Source: Cirrosporium novae-zelandiae (taxonomy: Eukaryota). Taken from it: DNA of 64,000 nucleotides. The stretch is from positions 1-64,000 of the forward strand of contig JAPETS010000007.1 of NCBI GenBank assembly GCA_026023565.1, read 5' to 3'. Position 1 is the stretch's first letter. The number at the start of each line of letters is the position of its first letter. Below are positions 1 through 14,200 of the stretch, one piece after another. The position numbers were made by a program, and so were the translations under genes. The notes below the pieces were generated by a model, which was given only the letters and a program-made list of their open reading frames with translations, did not search any database and was not told the origin of the DNA.

Positions 1-1295
1 CTCCTCCTCTTCCTCTTCCCCCCCCCCCCCCCTACCACCACCAAATACCAACCAACCAACCAATTCAATTCCCAATCCCAATTCCCAAAAACCGCTACCT
101 AGGTAATAATCACATCAATACCCTTCCTTTCTCTTCCCTTCCCTCTCAGCCATAGGTCTAGTTCAAATCACTTAATCACTTTACAGGGTGGGTGAGGGTT
201 ATAGGGTTATAAATTCTATAGTAATTACATTCAGTAAATAAGTAGAGTAAGTAAGTCTAGCCTGGGCTATATAGTAATGATTCCATGAAAAAAATCGTGA
301 GGAGAGGGGGAGGTTCTCGTTCTCATGAAAATGGAAGAGCTCATCCTATCCCATTTCCTATTTCCTATTTTAAAATCCCCCCACCTTACCAAATTACCCC
401 AGTATCATCAACTCATTCAACTCAACTCAAAAATCCGCCATTCACAATAGCCAATACTACTAAAGATATCATATAATTAATAAATAGATATATAAGTCAC
501 TTAGACCTCTTTTTGTTAGTTTTTTCTTTCTTTTTTTTTCCGTCTTTTTAGGGAGAAGAAGGGAGAGGAGAGGAGAGAGGGGGGGCTGTCGGATATAATT
601 AATTACTAGGTGTTGGTGTTGGTGTTTGGATTCCTTAAAAGAGGGCTAATTACCTAATAGGGTAGTGATTTGGTTATTTAGTTACACTGACTGGTACTGG
701 ATCAGTGTTTTTTTCTTCTTTTCTTTAGAATGAAACGAGTACTGGAGTTCGCAGGTTTTTATTATTCTTTAATTACTACCATAGTATTTGCTGTAAAAAA
801 CAGTAGGATAGATATTGACGGGAAAAGAAGAAGGAATGTGGTACGGTAATTACCGTAAAACAAATAAATTGCGTATGGAAGATTTTGTTTGCAAAGAAGG
901 GATAGACCCAAATAAAAATAAATTACCTCATGCAAACGGAGGAAATAAAAAACACACAGTACGGACAGGGAAAATAAAAAAACAGTACGGCCTTGCTTAC
1001 TTGCTTTTTCTCATGTGGCACGAGGCTCAAAAGTGACAAGGTCATCCCCCGGAAACGCCGCCATACAAATAAGTACACACCCGAAGTCGTCCAACGAAAA
1101 CCTTGCCTAAGGAAAAATCCCCATAAGTCACAGAAAATAACGACGAACATCTAAGTTGGTCTCATGCGTCTGTTGTTTTTTGTTGCTTCAATCGTTTATG
1201 ATAGCCTTGTAACCCAGTCCTCCCCTCATGATTCAAGTCAAAAGGGCCTATCACTTCTTTCCCCGAGTCCAGCATCATATCATCATATCATCATA

Positions 1296-2944
1296 TCACA
1301 TGACATATAAAAGGTTGGTATCTATTAATAATACTTAGTATCTATATTTTTCACAAAAGAAATACCAGAAAAAAAAAGCGAGGTGGCCTTAGATGAGCTT
1401 ACCCAATGGATGGCTACAGCTCAACTGTGGCTTTTGGGTGTATTTTGTTGACAGTTCGTCACGAATGCTGTTGAGTAGCTGTACATAGCTTTGCTGTGGG
1501 TTTTTCTTTAGTGCCGTGATGAATGCCCAAGACATAGCACCCGTCGCTTCGCCTCCGATCTGTGCGTCTTGTCTGCGATTGACATCGAGTGTTAATCTAG
1601 TTCTTATCGCATACTTTTAGAAAAATAATGAAATTAACGTACGAGGTTTGAGAATCCTTGCTTCCAGACCACATAATCACATCTGCAGGAGCCGTCTTGG
1701 TCTGTTTGTTCCGTTGATAGGTAGAATCTCCACGTGTGGCCTTCTTTATCAATCCCATGGCTGTTGAAGCCATGCCGCCCATGTCGCCACGAGCATAAGC
1801 AGAGACGATCCCCAAAAGACCTTGACCGGCTTCCTTGGCAAGGTTGGGTTCCTTGAGTACACCTTGGGTGGAGTAGAGATATGGAAGATCCAGAGCAGAT
1901 CCAGAGTGGCAAGAGTCGAATATCGCTGTCAGGCGGACTCCGGGAGGCAATGAACGTACCATGATACGGTGCATCTCGTCGTCGACGATGTGGCCATTCA
2001 CCCTGAAATCTACCGGGTAGATGACCTCATCGTAGCCATCTTCCTCATCTCCATCAAGGTCGGGAGTTTGTCCACCGTGTCCAGAATAATGGAAGAATAA
2101 AGAGTCATTGGGTTTAGCATCCTTCACAAGCCAATGCATAGCTCTCAGTATATTCGCCTTGGTCGGTTGACTCATGGGATTCTGTTGATCGTCGGTCAGA
2201 ATGACCATATCTTCTCTGGCATACCCAAAATTCTGGTTTAAATACGTCGACATATTCTTGACATCGTTGATACAGCCACGTAATTGACCGCGTTGATTGA
2301 AGTAGTTTATACCAATCAAAAGTGCCTTTCTCTTTCCCGTACAGTTTGAATATTGAAAGCCATAACCTTGTGGGGCACCGTGCCCAAATTGCTGTAGACC
2401 TTGAGGTGGAGGTGGAGGGGCATTATGATTGCCTTGAACGTAGGCGTTTGAATTCACGGAAGGTAACCCTTTTTAGATATTAGACACATACAAATCTGAT
2501 AGTATACATCATCAGGCTTTAGTTTAACCTTACCAGGTCGACCGTTATACATGGGACCGCCTTGAGGTGGAGCACCGTAGCCATAACCTTGCTGAGGTTG
2601 CTGAGGCTGTTTGAACCATTTAGTTATAGACGCTTATACATATGTCCTGTCGGCATACCTGTTGGTAACCGCCAACGTATGGACGTGGGGAGGGACCGGG
2701 TTGAGGATATCCGTAACCCATTTGTTGGGGTGCGGGGGAGTTCTGAGGCGGTGGATATCCATAGCCTTGAGGTCTAATAAACAGATATTCAGCAGTGTTA
2801 ATAAAGGTCAAGTAAAAAGTCTGTCCAGACTCACGGGTACTGTTGCTGCGGAGGATATCCTTGGGGAGGATATTGCGACTGTTGTGGTGGATAACCGCCG
2901 TTGGATTGACCGCCTTGATACTGTTGTCCTGGATAGTACGACAT
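1296..2944 (-). CDS. MCA1: Metacaspase (type I, peptidase C14) with P/Q/Y/G-rich N-terminal prodomain; multi-exon
   Basis: [17 protein letters not shown], catalytic His in HYSGHG and Cys in DSCHSG. Spliced model starts at ATG 2944 ([12 protein letters not shown]) and continues after introns through GAMSWA...[18 protein letters not shown] to TGA at 1296-1298. Confidence 0.95.
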
Positions 2945-5155
2945 GATTTAAATCGTTCGCCAAAGTTGGCGACGACGAGTGCCAAGTGTAAACTTGCAGA
3001 AATTTAAATAGAATAGTACCTGTAGGCGGATTGACGTGCTTGAGAGCCTTATTAGGAGAGCTAAATGAATGTACTTGGAATCAGTAAGACAGCGGAGTGT
3101 GGCATTTCAGCTGAGTCCCCTTCGTGCAAGGATCAAGCGCTTTTGCCTTGAGGTTTTTGAACTTTGGACTTTTTCCACTTTTACCGCTATCGCCTATCTT
3201 CTTATGGCTATGACGGTCATCCCGATCCGACTTTGCCGCTATATTACGTATATCATATGAATCCATGGCCACCACATGCATCCCGTACATAATTACAATC
3301 TGGTAGAGCCTTACGAGCCTCGGCACCCTTGGAGAACTTTGTCGAATGCTGGGATACAAAGGATAAAAGAAGTAATAGAAAGAAAGAAAGAAAGAAAGAA
3401 AAGTATTTGGAGGGCAAGGAGGGGTATAGCCTGAATGCAAGGCACGTGATTTACTTATAACTCGTGTGCCTGAAAAGCTTCAGTTTCGGCCTTGAGTTAA
3501 AAAGTGCATATGCCTACAATACAAAAGCTTGGCAGATGACGAAGGGATCTACTCAAGTAAATGTTGAAAGGACAGAATGGTGTGGGAAAAGAAAAGAAAA
3601 GAAAAGAATAAAAACAAAAAGGAAGAAGGGATCAAGGGTTGGTTGGTGATTTCTCCAAATCTTGGTTGAATGCTAATCTCTAACTTATTATTTATTTTAG
3701 TGGCTGCGGAATACCTTGACCTCTCAGCCTAATGGTCAGTCTACCCGAGAAGGAAGCCTTAGGGGTCTTAGAGGCCTTAGGTGCCTTAGGAACAGGCGGA
3801 TGATATGTTTGATGTGCTGGATAGTGCTGGATAGTGCTGGAGATTTGGAGTTGTCCGTCTTTAATTGTTTTTGATTATTATCTAAGCCATTTTCATCCAT
3901 TATTCATCAACTCGAATATACCTAGGATGCACTTGAAGATCCTAGAGTAGTTTAGTTCCATTATTGCCAACCCTAACCATCCAGAACATAACATAATTTA
4001 CAGTTAATTAGATAACTTACAGTTAACCCCCAGTGCCAATGCCAGTGCCAGTGCCCAGTGCCCCCTCCCCCAAAATCCACTCTTTTCATTCCCCCCCTCC
4101 CCACGACCCCTGTAACTCATCCTTCCTTCACCAATTAATTAGTTCACTTATCTAACTACCTAGGTCCTTGTTCTTTTTTTTTAAACAAAGAAAATAAAAA
4201 CCAAATTTGTTGTCCTCCGTGTTAAACTCCATGACTATATTTCTAGAGTTTCGCCGTGCCATGATTTGCGCAGGGTCTTGCCATTTCTCAACCCTGGAAG
4301 TCAAAGATACAAAAAAAATATCCCAGATAGATTCATTAGAGGCATCTTCAATTAAAATCTAGCAAGTCGCATTTACCACTGAGGTATCCCGACTCCTTGA
4401 CTTGACTATTAACTAACAAGTCCCAATCCGCCTTTGTAGGGTAGTTTTTTAGTCAATCAACTTGAATATTGCCTTCACCCCTCCTTGTCCTCCTTGTCCA
4501 CTATTGGGTGTAGCCACTCCGTCTACTTCCCCCCCAATCCTAGTTCCCCCATCCCATAATCTTCACACATCCGTATTTCATATCAACCAAAGAAAAAAAA
4601 GGGTACCTGGAACTTATCCTCTCATCATTATCTGAAGGGAAAGCAAAAAGATATTTTGGTTGTTATCACCGTTGCTCAGTATCCCAAGGGCAAGGAGTCG
4701 CTGGTCCTCAAGGGAAAGAAAGAGGAGAGCAATTCTCATTTGCTACTCCATCTATTTGCGCCAAAACCACAACGACTCCCCCCCGTTCTTTGACTACGCC
4801 TGTGCCGCGCCACTTACCGCAAACCCGCCTTTGGGTCAACGCCTCATCTACTGGGTTCAGAATTTACTACTCGCTTTGAATTTCGAAAGCTTCGGAAATT
4901 TCTCTACCAAATTCATTCCTTCTTCGTTGCCAAAATACCCTGCAAAGGCGAATAATTATCTCCTAGATACCTACGAATGCACTTGATATTCTCGCAACCC
5001 TGCATCTCCTCGTGTGACCGCTTCTTCCTCATCCTCCCCGTTACCATCAAGTCTTCGGGTCTGGTACTGGATATCCCGCATATGCGGTGCAGCCCATTCG
5101 CAAGCAGAGCTCTTGCACAGGCAGGAGCTTTAAATGGGCACCCGATCTCTACAAG

Positions 5156-8100
5156 ATGAATGGATTTTATGGTCGCCAATATGACTTGCACATGTTTGGG
5201 GGACAGGAGAATGAGGAAAATATGATGAACATGATGGGTCAAGTAGACATGTCTCCAATAGGTGTCGTGGGGGGTCAGACGCTGGATGAGATCGTCAGTC
5301 AGAATGCCAAAGAATTACAGAGGCGGCGAAGCATGCACCCCCAATTTGAAAATCGGCCTTCTCCAACTGGCAATGGGAGAAGAGCTTCGATGATGGAATT
5401 CAGCCCTACTGGAGATCATGCCGTGAATCATTTCCAATTTGATTCCCCAGAAACATCTGCGCCCGCCTCCAGGAATATGCCATATGCAATGAGCACTACC
5501 GCTGGACCAAATCAATTTAATGGAAGAAGGTTATCAGCCGCTAACATCGGATTAGATACGCAGTTTCCTGCCATGAGATCCGAAGGGATCCCTCCAGGTG
5601 TTGGCTTTCCTCCTTCACCCTCCCGCGCATCAATGATGAACTTTAATGACGATGTATCGTTTATAAATCCCGCGGTATCAATGGCCATGGACTATACAAC
5701 TGCTGCCGTCGCCCCCGGAGCCAGCACAAGCATGGCACCAATGTCCATGTATACACAGGCGCCATTCCCTGACATGACAGCAGAGTCCCCAATACATCAA
5801 AACTATGCATCACCAATATCTACTTCCGCGCCAAACAAATTGCCAAACGTAAACGCTGCGGATGAGCAAACAGTAATGGAGAAAATGCCCAATATGCAAA
5901 TGTCGGACTCAAGACAGCGGATGCAGCCGAGCTATTCCCAAGAGGAAATGCTACTTGGGGCGGATCCTGGCAATCAGGTGCATCCTCTTCCAGAGTACAG
6001 CTCTTCAACCCAGATGCCTCAGAACCAGTTGACCGAATCGGCTGGACCTCCGCCGGTAACTTTTGCTGCAACTGCAGGTATGTTCCGCATATTCTACAAC
6101 CATAACAGTTGTTCAAAAGATCTCACCATATCGACTTCTAGACCCTTTATTTGCGTCCATCATAGGTAACGCACCAAGTTATCAACACCCACCACAAAGA
6201 TATATGGGTGCCTATTCTTCTAGCGGTTTTGATATGCTTCGTGCTCTAGTAATTACCTCCTTAAAAATATACATGTGATAGCCAGCTAATGGTTTGGTGT
6301 AGATGTTGATTGCTACCAGACCCAATCCTATAATTAATATTGGTGCTGTCGATATGTCTTGCGCTTTTGTTGTCTGCGATATTACAGGTCATGATATGCC
6401 TATAGTCTACTGCTCTGATAACTTTGAACGATTGACCGGATACACCAAACATGAAATCCTTGGTCGTAATTGTCGATTTCTCCAGTCCCCCGACGGAAAA
6501 GTGCAGTCGGGTGTCAAACGGAAATATGTCGATGACAAGGCTGTTTACTACCTCAAGACGAAAATAACCCAGAATTCCGAAGTTCAGGTCAGTTTAATAA
6601 ACTATCGGAAGGGAGGTCAGCCATTTATGAACCTTCTGACTATGATACCTATTCCATGGGAAAATCCGAATGAGATCAAATACTTTGTTGGATTTCAGGT
6701 GGATCTTGTTGAACAGCCTAATTCCGTCACAAACAAAAATCCAGGTAGGCTACCCGAACCTACTGAATGCCCTTTGTTAATAACATATTTAGACGGCACG
6801 TATTCAATCAACTATCAACGCGACCCTGCCATGCCAAGATATGTTTTGCCCACTCCTGAAACGCGGCTTCCTGCGCTTGAGGTTGGACAAACTATAGGTC
6901 GAGATGAAGTCTCGACCGTGCTGAGCACTATTGGATCCGGGGAATCCGAACTATCAAAACGTATATGGGACAAAGTACTCTTGGAAAATACTGATGATGT
7001 CGTCCATGTTCTTTCACTCAAAGGTCTTTTTCTTTATCTCTCCCCGGCTTGCCGGAAGGTGCTGGAGTATGATGCCAGCGAGCTAGTTGGAACAGCCCTT
7101 TCTTCAGTTTGCCATCCAAGTGATATTGTTCCCGTCACGAGAGAACTCAAGGAGACGTCTAGTGGAGCTACCGTTGATGTTGTCTTCCGCATTCGGAGGA
7201 AGAAGAGTGGGTATACTTGGTTTGAGAGTCATGGCTGTCTTCATACAGAGCAAGGTAAAGGCCGGAAATGTATCATTCTAGTCGGTAGGGAACGCCCGGT
7301 ATATGCCCTGGCTCGTAACGATATCGTTACCACTGGCGGTATAGGTGAAAGCGAGGTTTGGTCCAAGATGTCGACTTCCGGGATGTTCCTCTTTGTTTCA
7401 TCCAACGTGAGACTACTTCTAGATCGCCACCCCGAGGAGCTAATCGGGACAAGTGTGCAAGCTCTGATGCGACCTGAATCACGGGCAGAACTTGGAAGAA
7501 CCCTTGAATTAGCTCGGGCTGGAAAACGTTGCTCTTTAAAACACGAGATACAAAATAAACGCGGCCAGGTCCTACAAGCCAACACTACTATATTTCCTGG
7601 GGATGCTACCGAGGGTTCGAAGCCCACTTTCTTGATCGCACAGACCAGACTAATGAAAATGACGCGTTCTCTTCTTATGTCAAATAAGCAAAACTCCGCT
7701 ATGTCACCTAGAGCCGACCAACCCTCAACTGGATCCATCACCCCTGTCACCCAGAGTTCAATTACATCACAGTCTTCCATCTCTTTAACGAGATCAAATA
7801 CTACTCAATCCACAAAATCAAACCCATACGACAGTGGGATAATGACAGAAACGGGAGGCAATGCCCTGCCCATCGGAAATCAGGACGAAGCACTCGCTTC
7901 CGAAGACAATGTCTTTGATGAACTCAAGACGACACGGAGTACAAGTTGGCAATATGAACTACGGCAGATGGAGAAGCGAAATCGAATCTTGACCGACGAA
8001 TTACAAACTCTTCTGAGCTCTAAAAAGAAGAGGAAAAGGAGAAAGGGGGCTGGGCAAATGCAAAAAGATTGTGCAAACTGCCATACCCGTGTAACTCCCG

Positions 8101-8499
8101 AATGGCGACGAGGTCCTAGTGGCAATCGTGATCTATGCAACAGTTGTGGGTTGAGATGGGCGAAGCAAGTAAGTATCTGAATATGCTCTGTTCATGTGCT
8201 ATTCTTAAGGCATCTAACAAATTTATCTACAGAATGGCCGCATCTCTCCTAGAACGTCACATGGCGATAAACAGTCCAATTCACCCACCTCGGCCTCGGG
8301 TAAAAACAAAGGGATGGGAACGAGATCGCCCGTGCATAGCCAAAGGCCCGAAGCGGCTGATTCAGAAGTGCCACCCGCTAAATCGGCCAAGTTAGACACG
8401 GGTGCCTCTCAGGCGTATGGTAGTGGGGTTCCTGCATCGATTCAAGAGGCAGACGAACCCCCAGAAGAACTGGCGGCAAATGCACCCACGACAAGATGA
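5156..8499 (+). CDS. wc-1: White Collar-1 / LreA blue-light photoreceptor (LOV + 2 PAS + GATA zinc finger)
   Basis: LOV signature GRNCRFLQ, two further PAS domains, basic stretch KKKRKRRK, GATA finger CANCHTRVTPEWRRGPSGNRDLCNSC. Introns 6078-6165, 6249-6302, 6745-6792 and 8169-8232 join ORFs 5087.., 6063.., 6303.. and 8314..8499 in frame. Confidence 0.96.
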
Positions 8500-10324
8500 G
8501 AAATGAAGTAATGAAGAATATTTGAACAGTCCATCTACTCTAGGAAGGACAATTCCGAGGCTATGTGCTTGAATCTCAAAAATTATATGATAACCATCCT
8601 TCAAAGATGGAGCTAGGGGGTTAGACAAAGATGCGGTACTCTAGAGTGAACTCAAGCATTTACGATTGCACGTGATAATGATGGGAAAAGAACGAACGTT
8701 TGAATTTTCCAGGCATGAGGTAAATTGCGGTCCACAAAGTTTTTATGCTTGCAGATATCCCCTGATGACGCGATCGAAGTAAGTACCGATTGAATATAAT
8801 GACTCGTCACGCAAAGAGCGAAAGCGCCAAGACACGGCAAGGGGAGGCTGTCAGGCTCAGGGTGACAGCAGATAACATCGGCATTGACGAACTTACACAG
8901 AAGGAGGGCTGTGTTAACCTAGAGATCCGTGTATGGCATGATAAGTGCATGGTTGGCTCCTCACAGGTACTTGAGCACTGACAATGTATGCAATTGGGTG
9001 GTAGTCACATGGGTTGTCGGAAGGGAAGGGAGTAGGAGTGGGGGGGGGGAAGATATAGATATCCTCGAAAGGTCATAACAAGGAGTAATACCATACTATT
9101 AGCTCTGTAGATGAATGCAAATAAGTTTCAAAAACATCAAGTAGATAGCGAATGGTGGACAGTTGAAAGATGGGGTACATGATACATGACGTTAGAAAGT
9201 TGGAGTAGGTGCGTCGGGCCGAAATGTGACAGGATGTTAGGATCCAAATTAGATAAAGTTCAAGGAACAAGTCCAAAGTAAACTGTTGGAGTAATGATAA
9301 TGAAGTGTATTAAGATGGAGATGAATTCTACTTTGTTGCGCAATATGTTAATATGTTAGGATGGGTCAAACAAGATGTGAATATGCCTAAAAGAAGCGCA
9401 ATGACAATGAATAGACCGGCAGTCTCAAGTTAAGACATGCCAACTAACAGATTTACCAGTCTAAGTTACTAAGTATTACCTACTGGTTACCTGCTACAAC
9501 CTACAGCCTATAAGCCTACGACTACGAGGAACTACGAGTGCCTACCAGTACTACTGCAAGTGCTACCTACGACCTACCTACGACCTACCTACGACTGACC
9601 TACTCTACCTACTTACCTATCTACTACTTTCAAAAGTACTAAGGAGCCTCTTACCTACTAACAACTGCCACTACCAAGAAGCCCGTTAAAGCCCGTTAAC
9701 AACCCAACAACACCCCCACCCCCCCTCTTTCCCTTCCCTCCCTTAACCCTACTTACATAGTAGTAGAAAGTACATCACAAAAACCCGACTTTTATCTAAT
9801 TCTTCCAATTCTCTGAGGGCATCTTCAAGATTCTACATTTTCTCAACTCATAACTTGCGCGCCAGGCCTATTGGCGGTGTTGCTCTCTTCTAATATTCTT
9901 TTCAAATAATCCCCCCCCCCCCGTCACTCTTTTTCAATTCCCTCACAATTCCAACCTTGAGCGCTTGCGCTACTAAATCAACCAAAAATCAATACCCTCC
10001 TTTTCAACACATCTACTTCCAATTAGGCAGAAGGCTTATTGCCTACAACCCAATTCTAATATCACTATCGACAGTCGCCATTTTCACCCAACTGAGGTGG
10101 TGAGCATTAATATCCACCAAAATTGTCCGAACTACAGCCAATTGGTTACTGATCGCTCCAGACGGGGTTCCCTTGCCGTCGCAATTGGCCAAGCTCCTTC
10201 CTTGGGGGCAACTCGACATTATCTTCAGCTCTCCAAGTCGTTCCTTTTACTCCACATTTCCTTTCAACAGCCCGAAGAAGATCTTGCAAGAAAAAATTAC
10301 AGATAATCGGCAATTACATTCACA

Positions 10325-11255
10325 ATGTCTGGAGCCGATAAAATCTCTATTACCGTATGCGGTGATGGAGGATGTGGTATGTTGCGAGCCGAGGTTCCCT
10401 ACTTTTCGTACGACGCGATTATCGCATGGCCGAGACTGACTTGTTTGTGTTTACGTAGGTAAATCATCGATCACGTTGCGACTGGTGCGAAGTCAATGGA
10501 CTCATGAGTAGGTTCACATACTTGAAAACGTTGTATCTGTTGCTAACATTTGCTATAGATATGATCCTACAATTGGTAATTCTGGCTGCGCAAATTTCTA
10601 AAATAAACGATTGACATGTTACAAGAGGATTCTTACTCGGTCACACGTATCGTCGATGGCAAACCATATTTTCTCTCTCTCACCGACACGGCAGGTCAAG
10701 AAGAATATCGCGGACTGTGGGCAGCCTCAAACCTACAATCCGATGCCTTCCTTCTTGTCTACGATATCACAAATTCCGCCTCCCTGGACGCTCTTACCTA
10801 TTTCATGCAAATGATTGAGATGGAATCCGATCGAAGAACCGATGAAGGAGAAGTACCACCGGTCAAAATTGCTGCAGGAAATAAATGCGATCTCAAGGAA
10901 GAAAGAATGATTAGTAGCCAACAAGGCCTAGAATGGGCACGAGCACGAGGTTGTGGATTTATGGAGACAAGCGCAAGAGAGATGGTCAATATAGAAGAGA
11001 CTTTTGCACGTATGCATATCCTTGAGTTTTTTTTGTTTTATATTTCGACTAACATTACCATCAGTCATCGTTCGAAGAGTTGTTGAGGCAAGGCAACTAC
11101 ATAAATCCGGAGATGCCCATCCAACACTTCACCATGCCGGACAATCCTTTTCAACCACACCTGCTCTGACAGCGTCAGAGAAGAAAGAACTTGATTCGAA
11201 TCATGGTGGCGATTCGACGAAGAAGAGCTTCTGGAGTCGACTGAAATGCTGGTAA
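10325..11255 (+). CDS. Ras-family small GTPase (filamentous-fungal Ras-like subtype, C-terminus ...RLKCW)
   Basis: Spliced model MSGADKISITVCGDGGCGKS (G1), YDPTIEDSY (G2), DTAGQEEY (G3), NKCD (G4), ETSA (G5). Introns 10377-10458, 10508-10558, 10576-10625, 11010-11064. Confidence 0.93.
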
Positions 11256-14200
11256 ACAACCATGCGAAGACGAGATCCAAAGCACTTTTTTACCTTCCGA
11301 ATTGTATCATATTCCCTTATCATATGGATTACGTTGTGCAGCAATGATGCGGTCTTTGTTCCTTTAGGTCTAATGTCTTGGATAAAGGTGAAAGTACAGG
11401 AGCCAAGCATTAAGACGAGGGACTTTTAGGAACGGAAAAGCATTAGTTTAGGGTGTATTTTTTTATTGTCGGACTTTTGGGTTTACTTGCAGACTTTGGT
11501 GCTGTAAATAACTTGAGGGTATCGATATGTATTTTATGGAGATGAAGCTTGATTTTGGGGAAGCATAATGATTACTATGTTTCCTCTTATTATTATACGC
11601 AATCTTTTATTTTTTCTTATCGATCGATTTTCAATTAACGTTTTTCAGATTTCTATAGGTTTGATGGCCCATGTTTTTTTTTTTTTGAACAATTTATTCT
11701 TGAACTTGTATACCAAAGCTTTGATAAGCCATGTCTATTTTCTTTTGTGAATTAATGGGATGAGGGAACTTTTTTTTTCAAGACTTCTTATGGTGTTTTT
11801 GTTTTGTCGTATATTTGTTTTATACCAATCAAATTCATTTTTGGTGGCTGTTTATGGGTTACTGTGTGGATATATATGCATGGGGTCCTCGCTTCCTACA
11901 TTTAGTGTAGTTGTACATGTACTGTACATAGGATACGGAATATAGGATACAGGATACAGGATACAGTTACCGCGTCTACAGTCAATTCCATAACTTTTCG
12001 CTACTTCAACCGACTAGCTAGCCAGCACTCAAGAAAGACCACGCAGCAGCAGCAGGGTCCACCATTTCTTAACAAAGTGGTATACAGTTAATTAGTCTAA
12101 CTCGGTCAGATTTCTTACCATATGTTCTATTTCTATTTCTATTTCTATTATCGCGCATATAACAAGTAATACAGATACTGTAGGTGGGTGTTAACTATTA
12201 TTATCATCATCATCCACACAAGGCCAAAGTTAAAGCCAAAGCCAAAGCCTTCTATCATTCTCACTGCCTTCGGCTTCGCTTCCATTCCCATTCCCATTCT
12301 CACATTATCAGATTATCGCTTCGAGGACACACAAAGCCCCCCCTCCCCCCCTACCCCCTACGCCCCTGTGAACAAGGTCATATATATGATGCCCTACTAG
12401 CTTTGCCTTACCTACCAGCCTTATCTACCTACCTATTTGCCTAATCACAAAACTAACTAACTAGCAGAAGATGAGGAAGAGGAAGAGGGGAATTGGTTAT
12501 ATTTAATATTTTTATGGATATGAATATGAATATGAATATGAATGTGATATGGAGATTGTTTAGGGTAGGGCAAGGGGGGGGTTGGATCTTGGTTAAGAGG
12601 AGGAGGAATGTTAGAAGGAGGAAATGAGAAAGAAGTAAGGAGTGAAGAGGGAAGATGTTCACATTGCATTTGCATTTGCATTTGCATTTGCATATGGCAT
12701 ATAGAAGAAATCTCTCTAACCTCTAACCCACCCAAGTCAGTCAATAATCATAATCGCTCCCATCTGTTTTGTTATGATAACAACCAAGGCATCAATCAAG
12801 GTATAAGGATATATGATATATGACAAGGTATTTGTTTGAAATACTATACTCCCCCTCCCGACCCCGACCCCGACCCCGACATTCTCTCTCTCTTACCTTT
12901 CTAAGTCTTAAACCAAAACCAAAAATGACAACAGAGGTACCTAGGTACCTAGGTAGATACCTATTTGATATCTGCTAATTTGACTTGACTTGACTTAACT
13001 TGAATAGGAACAGATAGATGGATGGGTAGATGGATACTCAGTATTGGTATTGGGATTAGTGTTTGGGGATAGGGTATTTTGGCTATTTGGCTATTTGGGT
13101 ATAGATGTAGGGTATAGGTATAAATATAGATATGGGTATAGATATGACCTACCTGGCTAGCTGGGTCATAGCGGTCCATGAGGGAGTAGGGGAGAGAGGG
13201 GGGAGGGGGTGTGATGTTTATATCAGATATCTTAAATACAAATTTTCGATTTTTATAGATGTGTGGTTTTCTTATTCTTGTTCTTGGATTCTCGGATTCT
13301 TAATGAAATGCTTCAACGGGTGGAAGGGTATGGAGTATGAGGTATGGAGTATCGTACCTGGAGTGATTATAACTCCCAAACTCTCAAAATCCAAACTCCC
13401 GACCTAATTATCCTTAACACAACCAAAACCAAAACCGAAGTAGGTCCTAGAAATAGCCTCAGACCTTAAAAATGTCAAAGTCAAAAATGCATCCATTCAT
13501 CCATTGAAGGTATTGAAGATATTACATTTACATGCTCCCCTCCACCTTGAAGCACCTTCACTGACTTGGTCATTCTTGATTAATTATAGGATATAGAATC
13601 GGGATTGGAATCGAGATGAAGGATAATTAAACCAAAAGGGGTTTTTTTTTTTTTGAAATTCAGTAGCGTAGCTTCTTTTGTTAGGTTTGACATTCTGCTT
13701 TTTTTTTGGTTTTGGTTTTTGTTTGTGGTAGGGCATATGTGTGTAGGTAGGTATATAGTTGAAATTGAAGTTGAGGGTTGGGGTTGGGGTTATACTATAT
13801 ATATATTTTTAATGCTATCAATTACATACCCCCTAGATCTGGATCTGGAACTAAGGGCGAGGGTATGAGGGTATGAGAACTAGTAAGGAAATAAGGAGAT
13901 GAAATGGGTAAGACCATATAGAGCTGTGGGTTGGATTGAGTCGGGTTGTATTGTTATTGACATCATTATTGTTGTTGTAGTTAAGAAGTCCCTTGAGATT
14001 CTTACCTATATATATATATGTGTGTGTGTGTGTGATATTCTCCATAGATAGGGAGGAGGGAGGGGTGGGGTGGGGTGGGTGTATGGGGTGTATGGGGTGT
14101 ATGTATGTATGGGCGTATGGAGCCAACTGGGTAACTGTTAAGGTGGTGAGTTGAGTTGAGTGAGGTGAGTGAGGAAAGAGAAGGGGGGCTATCTGTCCTC

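Noticed and set aside
12184..14126. Many short ORFs with dipeptide repeats (MQMQ, ICIC, HIHI)
   Set aside because: Translations of hexanucleotide microsatellites.
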